64,000 bases of DNA, from contig OX597839.1 in NCBI GenBank assembly GCA_951406725.2, forward strand, positions 18,538,001 to 18,602,000. The letters run 5' to 3'. The notes below the pieces were generated by a model, which worked only from the letters and a program-made list of their open reading frames with translations, ran no database searches and was not told the origin of the DNA. Each line of letters starts with the position of its first letter. The stretch's first letter is position 1. This stretch comes from Octopus vulgaris. Lineage: Eukaryota. Of the stretch, positions 51,382-64,000 are shown one piece after another. A program made the translations under genes and the position numbers.

Positions 51382-52104
51382 ATATATATACATATATATA
51401 TATGTATATATATATGTGTGTTTGTATATATTTTGCTTATATATTTCTTGTACACTTAATTCTTTCTGCAATGAGAGACTGCACAAAAAAAAAAAAAAGA
51501 ATTAAATGGTAGGGGGATGGGGAAACAAATTTTTTTTTTATTTATTTATTTTGAAAATGGCTAAAATGATTTGCACCCTTTGCTTAATTTTCTTCGTATA
51601 TTCATTCATCACCCTTTGCTTAACCTTAATCTGTCTGTACATTTTTAAGCTGACCAATGGAGCAATCCAGGCAAGTACTGTGATAACCACACTAGTTGGT
51701 TCAACCTAGGGTTCTACTGAATCCTGCTTATGGATATGTTTTTGTAGTAGTAGTAGCTAGTTTACATGCATATACATACATATATACATACATATATGGG
51801 TATGAGACATTGTGGTACAGCTGTTTCGGTGCTATTTATTTGGTGTGTCATTGATTTAATGCTGACCCAGATGTTTTGTTATTTCTTTTGCTGGTTGATA
51901 TTTCTTTCATTCATTCCTCCGTGCCTTCCTCCTCTCTCTCTCTGTCTTTAACTCTCTCTCTCTCTCTTTGACTATTTTTCTTTCTCCCTTTTTATGTGTG
52001 TGAGTATATTTCCGTTAATGTGTTTGAAGAGAAAGGAAAGTGTTCATGTCAATCATGTTTAATATATAAATTGTGATGTCTCTCTTTGTCTGCCCTTCCT
52101 GCTT

Positions 52105-52135
<31 letters not shown>

Positions 52136-55100
52136 GTTTATGTGTGTCATCATATTTCTCTTTATGCGTATGAGGAGAGGGATACTGTTCATGACAGTCA
52201 TGCTCAGTCAATAAATTGTAATGACTCACTTCTCCTCTCTCCCATTCCTTCCTTCTTTGTATGTGTATTTCTGTGCACATATGCATGTGAGTGTGTTTGC
52301 CTCCAGTGCTAAAAAATACTGCCACCAAAAACAGGCTGAATGTCCAATCAGCCATGCTAAATCTTTAGCATCCAAACAGCTGTATCAAGTTATCTCATTA
52401 TATATATATATATGTGTGTGTGTGTATATATATATATGTATGTATATGTCTCATTGCCTCTTCACCATCCATCCATCCTCTAAGACATAAATTCTTTGAT
52501 TCAAGTAGCTAATGGAATTTCAATTCAAGTTGTTTTTCTTGTTTTTGTCTGTTTACGGTAATTTTTACCTATATACTTGAAATTTGGAATTAAGAAAAAA
52601 AAACAAAATGATTGTGTAACATCAAAAAACAGAAAAATGAAAATAATAATGGAGTAGAATAAAAACAAAACTCGGAAGAAATGAAATATGTAAATGCAGA
52701 TTTTTTAAAATATGTAAATTTGTGATTGATAAAATTAAAATTTAAAATTTAAAATTATTTGGTTGTTATCATGTTACAATTATACAGAAGACATCTGCTA
52801 TCTTGTCAAATAGGCCATTCACTAATGCACATACACACATACATGTATATAATTACATACACACACACACACAGACATATGGTAATCAAGTCAAGCTGTC
52901 ACATGGTTCCACACCCCCAGTGCATCTCTGGGTGTAATTAGCTGAGTCTAATCCCTTTACAAGCATTAATGTCTGGTGTTTGGTTTAAAGACAACTTCCT
53001 CCCGCCTGCCTCAGGCATTGAAAAATTTTTAATTCATTGGCACTGCACTCCCCTCTTTTGCTTTTTGTTTGCAATTGTGAGTGTGACCACATTTAAGGTA
53101 GGGACCAATCAAAAGCCAATTAGAAATATATACATAGTGAAAATTAAAAAAAGAAAAACAACCTAACATTAGCCTGTGACCAATTATGTATTATTTAAAC
53201 ATAAATGATCTAAGAGAGTGGCATGTATTTGAACATGTATTTGTAGGGATTGTCACCATCATTGTTTATCTACATTGTTTTTGAATTCTAAGGATGAGGT
53301 ACAACCTTATTAGCAACTTGTTCTCTAGCATTATAACTCAATATACACATAATGTGTAAATACAGGTCTGTCAAATACTGTACAAAAAATGTTTTTGGTT
53401 TATTAAAATTTTATCCACCTCTAGAAGATGTATTATAATTGCTAAGTGGCAATTAAGACCAGTGCCACTAGAAAAGTAGAGATATTCTGAAGATTTGAGG
53501 ATTTCACCATGGAGGAAAAGGACAGGTTTATTGTCTGGTGATAAGAGGACAGTTGGGTACACATGTTTTTGGTACCATAGTCTTCATGAGCACAACAATC
53601 ATTCTAGCTTATAGTCTTAACTTATATCCAGTAGTCAAAGGCCTTAGACCATTACAAAATAAGCTGAATACATCTATGTCTTGGGTAATTTGTTTAATTT
53701 AAACGAAAATGAGCCAAGAGAAATAACTGAGAGTTGCTAGTAGTATGTATTTGAAGAACATAGACTAATGGTGGTGGCTGCCCCCTCGTTATCGAGTATG
53801 GCCATTGCATGAAGCTTAATCAATGTTGTTATCGTGCAATGCCTGTGCAAGAAGATTTTTTTTTAAAGTGAGGAAAGGCTGTGCACTGAGTCAATCCCAC
53901 TCACTAAGCTACAGCAGCCATAATCCGAAAAGAAGAACAAGTCAACATCATTGGTAACCACTGAGCCGCAGGTTTTATGTCGGAGTTATCCCAGTGACCT
54001 GAGTTACCTTCTCATAGTAGGATGCCCTAAGAAAGGCTAGGAGTCCTTCACTCCCAATGGTTTAACCACGCAATCGGGTATTCAGTCCGATTATTTCTAT
54101 GTCCCTGCGCATGATACAGCCCTAAGACATTTATTGGATGGCCGTTGACTCTCAAGAGTTCCTTTGCCCATTGACAGGTTTTGTTTTTCATCCCGCAGGG
54201 TGTCTAATAAACACCCTCCCCACCAAGCAAGCTTGGTGGGGTTGCTGGTTTAGTCGCCGACGACCCGACCATGCAACAGGTTGTACTGGGTTACATGTTA
54301 ACAGTAGCACTCGAAAGTGACCAGACATAGACAAATACAGGCATATCAAACACCATAAAACCTAAATTTTTGATTCATTAAATTATGTGTACCTCTAGAA
54401 GATGTATCATAACTGCCAAATAGCAATTAAGATGAGCTCCACTTAACGAAGGGGGAATTCTCTAAAACTGACATTCCATGAAGGAACAGGATATGTTTAT
54501 TATCAGGAGATAAGAGGACAGTCATGAACATGTGATTCTGGTTCAATGACCATCATCAGCATGACAATTTTCTGTCCCTGTCTTCAGTAGCCACAAGACA
54601 TAGACTTATACAAAGCAACTATGAGAGAGAACTCTGGTCAGGTTTCAATGTTATTCTAACCTCATTGATTAGACCTCACTGTACTTACTAGACTAGTGAC
54701 GAGGGAATCGTTACATAAAAGGACAAGGTTCTACATTTTTTGGTGTTGCTTAGATTACATTACTCTGCAAGAAGCACTCGGCTGGTTTCCTGGTTTCTCT
54801 GGTCTATATATTCCTCCCTGGATGGGATGCTGGTTTGTCGTAGGGTCACTCATTTTTACCAGCTGAGTGGACTGGAGCAACGTGAAATGAAGTGTTTTGC
54901 TCAAGAACACAACACGTCATCCAGTCCTGGAATTGAAACCATGATGTTTCCATCATGAGTCCAACACCCTAAATACTCATTTTTACCCACAATCTTACGA
55001 TCATGAATCCAACACCCTAACCAGTAAACCATGCATCTGAACATGTATTGGTGTAGAAATCTAGAATTGTTTAGAAAGAAAATAATGGAGGAGAAAGAAA

Positions 55101-55780
55101 TACTTCAGAAATGCCATTGGCATCAAAAGAAATCATTGGAGAATGTTGCTTTAATACAGGTTTCTAAATAATCTAAATATTTTATATATTTTTTTGGAAC
55201 AGTGAATCTTGGAGCACATAAAGCTATTAATAATAACATGTAAGTATTGGGTTCAGAATCCCCTTTTGGACAGATAAAGTCAAATGGAGATGTGGGTTTG
55301 AGTCACATTGTCAGCTTTTGAGTTTTTCTATCCAAAAGGTCTTCCCACCCAGTATTTACAGGTTGTTTGTTGTTATTCATATTTTTGCTGTGCTTCAAGT
55401 TCCACTGTTTTAAAAGAAAGAAGAAAAAAAAAGACATGTGCTTCTTGATTAACCATGAATCTCTGTTAGACATTTCTACTGAAAATCTCAACTAAACAAC
55501 CATTTCTGAGCTGAAATTGAAAAACAATAAACCAAAATGGTTTTTTAAAAGAAAAATTTTTTAAATCAGTTATTTGAGTTGGTAATTCAGTTTTGGTTTA
55601 AAAGAAGAAGAAAAACATTTTTTTTTTATTTAAATTCAATCTCTTCTTGTATTTTTATATCCATTCTGATTTGATCTATCAAAAATAAATGGAAATTTTT
55701 GATGAATCTTGTTTTATCAGCCAAAAGTTTTACGAAGTTAAAAATTTCAAGGAATGAACAAATGAAAAAGTTACACAAAA

Positions 55781-55835
<55 letters not shown>

Positions 55836-56168
55836 TAGGGTAAAAATATTCACAGACAAAAAAAATTTTTTTAAAAACTTGAATTAAAATTCCTGATTAC
55901 AATTTATTTTAGTCTTGCACAATGCATTTGCTTTTTTCTATCGTTTCTTTTTCCTTTTTTTTAATTCTCATCTCTGTTTCCATTTAAAGACAAAATGACA
56001 AGGAGAAAAAAGAATCCAAAAAACAAAGAAAGACAACTAAAAAAAAAATGTCTATTCGTCTCTATATTTATTTCTCCCTCATCTCTTTGTTCACTTGCAG
56101 CCTGATGCATGTTTATTTAGGTTATTATCTTTGTTGGCAGTTTCTTTTCTCCCCACTGTTCAGTCAGC

Positions 56169-56200
<32 letters not shown>

Positions 56201-56470
56201 TGTGTAATCAGTGTCTATATTGCCTACTTGTGTCATCATTTTCCATGCTGTTATACAGCACTGTGGGGCCAAAACCCCTGTAGTTGCAAAAGGAACTTTG
56301 TAATCACACACCTATGCTTGCATCCAATAGTTTTTTCGTTTCTTTTCTTTTTTCTCTCTTCTGGTGTGCACTGCAGACAATTCAAGACATGTTTTAGTTT
56401 TATTCTGAGCTCATCAGCAAAGACTGTTAAATAACATCAAATGATTTCTTGGATAATTTCAGCAATATGT

Positions 56471-56505
<35 letters not shown>

Positions 56506-56637
56506 TATTGTACATTTGCATGGAGTTCTTATGAACTTTCATTAATGGTTTTTGTAAATTGATCAGAGTTTAGAGCAAGTCTTTTTTTTTTTTTGGATTG
56601 GGATTCATTGCCCGTACTTTACAAGGACCCAAGTATT

Positions 56638-57029
56638 GCATGGATGGAAGCACTCCGTCGGTTACGACGACGAGGGTTCCGGTTGATCCGATCAACGGAA
56701 CAGCCTGCTCGTGAAATTAACGTGCAAGTGGCTGAGCACTCCACAGACACGTGTACCTTTAACATAGTTCTCGGGGATATTCAGCGTGACACAGAGAGTG
56801 ACAAGGCCGGCCCTTTTGAAATACAGGTACAACAGAAACAGGAAGTAAGAGTGAGAGAAAGTTGTGGTGAAAGAGTACAGCAGGGATCACTACCATCCCT
56901 GCTGGAGCCTCGTGGAGCTTTAGGTGTTTTCGCTCAATAAACACTCACAACGCCCGGACTGGGAATCGAAACTGCGATCCTACGACCGCGAGTCTGCTGC
57001 CCTAACCACTGGGCCATTGCGCCTCCACT
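56638..57029 (-). mobile_element. Full-length tRNA-SINE (family D head, different tail)
   Basis: A box TGGCCCAGTGG, B box GTTTCGATTCC; 11-bp TSD ACCCAAGTATT at 56627-56637 and 57030-57040. Confidence 0.9.
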
Positions 57030-57564
57030 ACCCAAGTATTAATAGATACTGAAAATCCACGACCAGATGTGATTTGTAACTTACTCCTAGTTGCAAAATT
57101 AATTTAAAGAAAATATTGTGATATAATGGGAAGCGTGGGTGTGTAACGTGAAGATGGTATATAGTGTGAATAGAAAAATATACATCTAGAAAATGCATTT
57201 ATGTAATATAAAATAAAGTGTATATTAGAAAATTAAATCTTTTGTTATCATGTTTGTGTTGAAAATCTCTTTGTTAAAATTAATAATGAAAATAAAGTAG
57301 AATTTATTACAATAATTTTGTCTTTGTTAAGCTGGTATTTGGAACATAGATTAATATAGAATTTTGGTGGAAGGCTTAAATTTGGATCACTTCAACTATT
57401 TTGTTACCATATTTCTGTTGAAATACACTGCTTTTGTTATAATTAATTCTGGAGGTTTTCATTTAGATCACTTTAGTAGAAGAATACCGCCTTTGTTCTA
57501 ATTGATTTTGAAAATAATGAAAAATTTAGTAATATAACTTAGTAATCATTTTGTTCATCTTTAT

Positions 57565-58937
57565 ATTCATCATCATTCATCATTGTTTAATGTCTGTTTT
57601 CCATGCTGGCATGGGTTGGGTGGTTCGACTGTGATCTTGGTAGCCAAGAAGCTGCACCAGGCTCCAGTCTGATCTGGCAGTGTTTCTACAGCTGGATGCC
57701 CTTTGTAATGCCAACCACTCAGAGAGTGAAGTGGGTGCTTTTTATGTGCCACCGGCACAGGGACCAGAGAGGGCTGGCAACAACCACGATCAGTTGGTGC
57801 TTTTTACGTACCACTGGCACAGAAGCCAGTCAAGGTGGCTCTGGCATCGACCATGTTCAAACGGTGCTTTGTACATGCCACTGGCATGGGGATCACCACT
57901 ACAATTTCCATTTGATTTTGATGTACTTGACTCAATAGGTCTCCTGAAGCACGGCATGTCACCCTACGATCCAAGGTACTTTGGAGTGGGCTAGTTATGC
58001 GACACTGATGTAGGTTACAGGTATGAACTCACTTTATTTTCCAGGTCTTTACAGTCACAGCATACCTCCAGAGGTCTCGGTCTTTTGTCATTGCCTCTGT
58101 GAAGCCCAACGTTCGAAGGTCATGCTTCACTACCTCATCCCATGTCTTCCTAGGTCTCCTTCTACTCCAGATTCCTTCCACTCTTTGGGAGTGGCACTTC
58201 TTCAATTAGCTGTCCTCAGCCATCCATAGTACATGACCATACCAATGCAAACGTCTCTCTTGCACACCACATCTGATGCTTCTTAGGTTTAACATTTCTC
58301 TCAGGGCGCTTACATTCTGTCGTGTGTGCACACTGACATTACACATCTAGCGGATCATGCTAGCTTCATTTCTTTCGAGCCTACGCATGTCTTCAGCAGT
58401 CATGGCCCATGTTTCACGGCCGTGAAGCATGGAAGTTCACACACACGCATCGTACAATCTACCTTTCACTCTGAGCAAGAGGCCCTTTGTCACCAGTAGG
58501 AGTAGAAGCTTTCTGAACTTTGCCCAGGCTGTTCTTATTCTAGTGGTAACACTCTCTGAGCATCCACCCCCACCACAGACTTGGTCACCTAGGTAGCGGA
58601 AGCTATCAACTACTTCTAGTTTCTTCCCCTGGCATGTGATGGAATCTGTTTTCTGAGCATCTGCGGTGTTTATTGCCCCTGTGCATCTGCTGCACATGAA
58701 AACTATCTTCCTGGTTAATCTCCCTATGATGTTGCTGCACCTCTTATGTGTTCATAGCTTACACTGGGTACATCTTATGGAGTCTCTACCTACACCTTTT
58801 CTACAGATCGAGCAGGGCCACCTACCTGAAGGGGTGTGTGATGTGTTTGCTTTCCTACTTACTAGAACTTTGGTCTTTGCAACATTGACTCTAAGGCTCT
58901 TCGATTCTAAACCTTGCTTCCACACCTGAAATTTCTT
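57565..58937 (-). mobile_element. 5'-truncated RTE-clade LINE (RT C-terminus with PHD-like insert, 3' UTR, (GAT)n tail)
   Basis: LRVNVAKTKV...VDSFRYLGD...RIRTAWAKF...KGRLYDACV with stops and frameshifts; the 3' UTR is the family C repeat. Confidence 0.88.
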
Positions 58938-60330
58938 CTGTGTTCAAATTCCACTGAGATCAACTTTGCTTTTCATCTTTTTTGGTATGCAAAGGTAGTA
59001 CTGGGGGTCTGTGAGCAAAATTCAAAATTTCATATATATATAAGAATAAGCACATTAAAAGGGGCCTGTGGGAAAAATCATTTCTGTAAAAGGGTTGGGA
59101 ACCACTGTCAGGAACCACTCTGAAAAAGTTGAGAACCACTGGCTTAGCAGCTATTTGTTTGTCTTTATATTCCGACTTCAGTTTCTGCTGAGATTGACTT
59201 TGTAAGTAATAATGTGTTAATATTGCGGTTTAAAAAAACACCCCTTGTAGATAAGAAAAGTCGAAGGTTGCCGTTTTTGTATCCAGTGACTTTTTAGATC
59301 CAATATTTACATGCTGCCAAATGGCAAACTGGCAGAATTGTCAGCCTGCTGGGCAAAATTCTTTGTGGCATTTCGTCTGTCTTTATGTTCTGAGTTCAAA
59401 TTCTGCCGAAGTCGATTTTTCTTTTCATCCCTTTTGGGGGTCATTACAATAAATAACAGTTGAGCACTGGTGTGAATGTAATCAATTTACCCCGCTCCCC
59501 TGAACTTGGCTGGCCTTGTGCCAAAATTTGAAACTAATATTTGCTGGTGTTTTAGGTCACACCCAGTGTCATTTAAATTTCTTACTCAAAACTGTAACGG
59601 AAGGTTTTAATTAAATACGAACATTTTAAATAAAATCGAGATGTTATTGAGCTGGTTGGTTGGTTAGCTGGTTGCATGGTACAAAGGCAGTTGCTGGTGG
59701 GTTAGTATTAAATATTTTGTATTATATTTTCTAGCTTTTTTTTCAAAGCATGTATTTATATATCCTTTAGGAACATAAGGAATTTCTAAGGATTTGGAAA
59801 AAAAAATTGTGTTGATAATTTTGTTTGCATTTATATGGGTAGGCTCTATAGGAATTTTCATTCTTTTCATTCCCAAGAATGGCAAATCATTGTATTTGTT
59901 TATTTTTCTTTCTCAAAAATCCACAAAATGGTAAGTATGATATTTCTTCAGTGATCACATTTCACTTTTCAACAATATTCTCCTCCAAACGTTATCAGTA
60001 AATTTTTTTTCTAAGAAGATGTAAAATGGAAGAACACAGGTAGACACACACACACACACACGTATAGAAGAATATTCTTTATTTGAAGCATAACAGAATA
60101 CGAGAAAGCTATAAGCAATGTAAATTGAACATTAAATCACAACAACGAATTACTGAAACAATTTCTAAGAAATAGGTATTTAGTTCTGATATTTCAGGTG
60201 AAATATCCCTTTAACTCTTTGCCTGTCTGCTGTATCACATGTGAGACATGGGATATAGTTCCCTGAAGTCCATGCATCATATATATCATCATCATCATCA
60301 TCTTCATCATCATTTAACATCTGTTTTCCA

Positions 60331-63300
60331 TGCTGGTATGGGCTGGACAGTTTGACAGGAGCTGACCAACTGAAGAGCTGCCCGGACTACATTTCTGTTC
60401 TGGCATGGGCTGGACAGTTTGACAGGAGCTGACCAACTGAAGAGCTGCCTGGAATCCATTTCTGTTCTGGCATGGGCTGGACAGTTTGACAGGAGTTGAC
60501 CAATTGAAGAGCTGCTCGGACTCCATTTCTGTTCTGGCATGGGCTGGACAGTTTGACAGGAGTTGACCAATTGAAGAGTTGCTCGGACTCCATTTCTGTT
60601 CTGGCATGGGCTGGACAGTTTGACAGGAGTTGACCAATTGAAGAGTTGCTCGGACTCCATTTCTGTTCTGGCATGGGCTGGACAGTTTGACAGAGTTGAC
60701 CAATTGAAGAGCTGCTCGGACTCCATTTCTGTTCTGGCATGGGCTGGACAGTTTGACAGGAGTTGACCAATTGAAGTGCTGCCCAGACTCCATTTCTGTT
60801 CTGGCATGGGCTGGACAGTTTGACAGGAGTTGACCAATTGAAGAGTTGCTCGGACTCCATTTCTGTTCTGGCATGGGCTGGACAGTTTGACAGGAGCTGA
60901 CCAACTGAAGAGCTGCCTGGAATCCATTTCTGTTCTGGCATGGGCTGGACAGTTTGACAGGAGTTGACCAATTGAAGAGCTGCCTGGAATCCATTTCTGT
61001 TCTGGCATGGGCTGGACAGTTTGACAGGAGCTGACCAACTGAAGAGCTGCCTGGAATCCATTTCTGTTCTGGCATGGGCTGGACAGTTTGACAGGAGTTG
61101 ACCAATTGAAGAGCTGCTCGGACTCCATTTCTGTTCTGGCATGGGCTGGACAGTTTGACAGGAGTTGACCAATTGAAGAGTTGCTCGGACTCCATTTCTG
61201 TTCTGGCATGGGCTGGACAGTTTGACAGGAGCTGACCAACTGAAGAGCTGCCTGGAATCCATTTCTGTTCTGGCATGGGCTGGACAGTTTGACAGGAGTT
61301 GACCAATTGAAGAGCTGCCTGGAATCCATTTCTGTTCTGGCATGGGCTGGACAGTTTGACAGGAGCTGACCAACTGAAGAGCTGCCCGGACTCCATTTCT
61401 GTTCTGGCATGGGCTGGACAGTTTGACAGGAGCTGACCAACTGAAGAGCTGCCTGGAATCCATTTCTGTTCTGGCATGGGCTGGACAGTTTGACAGGAGT
61501 TGACCAATTGAAGAGCTGCCTGGAATCCATTTCTGTTCTGGCATGGGCTGGACAGTTTGACAGGAGCTGACCAACTGAAGAGCTGCCCGGACTCCATTTC
61601 TGTTCTGGCATGGGCTGGACAGTTTGACAGGAGCTGACCAACTGAAGAGCTGCCTGGAATCCATTTCTGTTCTGGCATGGGCTGGACAGTTTGACAGGAG
61701 TTGACCAATTGAAGAGCTGCCCAGACTCCATTTCTGTTCTGGCATGGGCTGGACAGTTTGACAGGAGTTGACCAATTGAAGAGTTGCTCGGACTCCATTT
61801 CTGTTCTGGCATGGGCTGGACAGTTTGACAGGAGCTGACCAACTGAAGAGCTGCCTGGAATCCATTTCTGTTCTGGCATGGGCTGGACAGTTTGACAGGA
61901 GTTGACCAATTGAAGAGCTGCCCAGACTCCATTTCTGTTCTGGCATGGGCTGGACAGTTTGACAGGAGTTGACCAATTGAAGAGCTGCTCGGACTCCATT
62001 TCTGTTCTGGCATGGGCTGGACAGTTTGACAGGAGCTGACCAACTGAAGAGCTGCCTGGAATCCATTTCTGTTCTGGCATGGGCTGGACAGTTTGACAGG
62101 AGTTGACCAATTGAAGAGCTGCCCAGACTCCATTTCTGTTCTGGCATGGGCTGGACAGTTTGACAGGAGTTGACCAATTGAAGAGCTGCTCGGACTCCAT
62201 TTCTGTTCTGGCATGGGATGGACAGTTTGACAGGAGCTGACCAATTGAAGAGCTGCCTGGAATCCATTTCTGTTCTGACATGGGCTGGACAGTTTGACAG
62301 GAGCTGACCAATTGAAGAGCTGCCCAGACTACATTTCTGTTCTGGCATGGGCTGGACAGTTTGACAGGAGTTGACCAATTGAAGAGCTGCTCGGACTCCA
62401 TTTCTGTTCTGGCATGGGCTGGACAGTTTGACAGGAGCTGACCAACTGAAGAGCTGCCTGGAATCCATTTCTGTTCTGGCATGGGCTGGACAGTTTGACA
62501 GGAGCTGACCAACTGAAGAGCTGCCCGGACTCCATTTCTGTTCTGGCATGGGCTGGACAGTTTGACAGGAGCTGACCAACTGAAGAGCTGCCTGGAATCC
62601 ATTTCTGTTCTGGCATGGGCTGGACAGTTTGACAGGAGTTGACCAATTGAAGAGCTGCTCGGACTCCATTTCTGTTCTGGCATGGGCTGGACAGTTTGAC
62701 AGGAGTTGACCAATTGAAGAGCTGCTCGGACTCCATTTCTGTTCTGGCATGGGATGGACAGTTTGACAGGAGCTGACCAATTGAAGAGCTGCCTGGAATC
62801 CATTTCTGTTCTGACATGGGCTGGACAGTTTGACAGGAGCTGACCAATTGAAGAGCTGCCCAGACTACATTTCTGTTCTGGCATGGGCTGGACAGTTTGA
62901 CAGGAGTTGACCAATTGAAGAGCTGCTCGGACTCCATTTCTGTTCTGGCATGGGCTGGACAGTTTGACAGGAGCTGACCAACTGAAGAGCTGCCTGGAAT
63001 CCATTTCTGTTCTGGCATGGGCTGGACAGTTTGACAGGAGCTGACCAACTGAAGAGCTGCTCGGACTCCATTTCTGTTCTGGCATGGGCTGGACAGTTTG
63101 ACAGGAGCTGACCAACTGAAGAGCTGCCTGGAATCCATTTCTGTTCTGACATGGGCTGGACAGTTTGACAGGAGCTGACCAATTGAAGAGCTGCCCAGAC
63201 TACATTTCTGTTCTGGCATGGGCTGGACAGTTTGACAGGAGTTGACCAATTGAAGAGCTGCCTGGAATCCATTTCTGTTCTGGCATGGGCTGGACAGTTT

Positions 63301-64000
63301 GACAGGAGCTGACCAATTGAAGAGCTGCTCCGACTCCATTTCTGTTCTGGCATGGGCTGGACAGTTTGACAGGAGCTGACCAACTGAAGAGCTGCCTGGA
63401 ATCCATTTCTGTTCTGGCATGGGCTGGACAGTTTGACAGGAGTTGACCAATTGAAGAGCTGCTCCGACTCCATTTCTGTTCTGGCATGGGCTGGACAGTT
63501 TGACAGGAGCTGACCAACTGAAGAGCTGCCTGGAATCCATTTCTGTTCTGGCATGGGCTGGACAGTTTGACAGGAGCTGACCAATTGAAGAGCTGCCCAG
63601 ACTACATTTCTGTTCTGGCATGGGCTGGACAGTTTGACAGGAGCTGACCAACTGAAGAGCTGCTCTGGAATCCATTTCTGTTCTGGCATGGGCTGGACAG
63701 TTTGACAGGAGTTGACCAACTGAAGAGCTGCCCGGACTCCATTTCTGTTCTGGCATGGGCTGGACAGTTTGACAGGAGTTGACCAATTGAAGAGCTGCCC
63801 GGACTCCCTTTCTGTTCTGGCATGGGCTGGACAGTTTGACAGGAGCTGCCCGGACTCCATTTCTGTTCTGGCATGGGCTGGACAGTTTGACGAGTTGACC
63901 AATTGAAGAGCTGCCCGGACTCCCTTTCTGTTCTGGCATGGGCTGGACAGTTTGACAGGAGCTGCCCGGACTCCCTTTCTGTTCTGGCATGGGATGGACA
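60331..64000. repeat. 67-bp satellite, ~55 copies, running off the window end
   Basis: Unit CATTTCTGTTCTGGCATGGGCTGGACAGTTTGACAGGAGCTGACCAACTGAAGAGCTGCCTGGAATC. Confidence 0.97.

Noticed and set aside
55075-55160. Purine-rich stretch as the next Eps15 coiled-coil exon
   Set aside because: The phase-0 reading is not coiled-coil-like and the splice sites are weak; the next constitutive exon probably lies beyond the window.
60310-63990. Long minus-strand ORFs (up to 933 aa)
   Set aside because: They are translations of the 67-bp satellite, whose minus strand happens to lack stops; all three frames give the same cycling peptide, and there is no domain or splice context.

Overview
AT-rich, microsatellite-laden eukaryotic genomic DNA. 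The SINE/LINE families look like those of an octopus (coleoid cephalopod); this is inferred. The + strand carries eight frame-consistent coding exons of an Eps15/EPS15L1 endocytic adaptor gene (EH2 C-half, EH3, start of the coiled coil; 166-41018). There is also a probable 78-nt cassette exon at 16213-16290. The gene is incomplete at both window ends. Nested antisense inside its ~24-kb intron is a complete six-exon FAM187A-like gene (32676->19359, 487 aa: signal peptide, Ig, Cys/Trp linker, Ig, TM), with a near-perfect RFX X-box ~0.9 kb upstream. The introns are full of tRNA-SINEs, RTE and R4/Dong-like LINE remnants, piggyBac/mariner-type MITEs, a Helitron and three TE-derived mini/satellite arrays (20, 28, 67 bp). 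The most unexpected signal is a set of at least six sequence-unrelated repeat elements, several of them fold-backs or tandem arrays, each carrying a type I hammerhead-ribozyme topology. Their tertiary 3-8 core pair covaries (C3-G8, G3-C8, U3-A8). They include a tandem retrozyme-like array (4.4-5.5 kb) and a tRNA-promoter-headed, TSD-flanked hammerhead element (28.1-28.4 kb). All calls come from reading the sequence by eye; no searches or folding programs were run.
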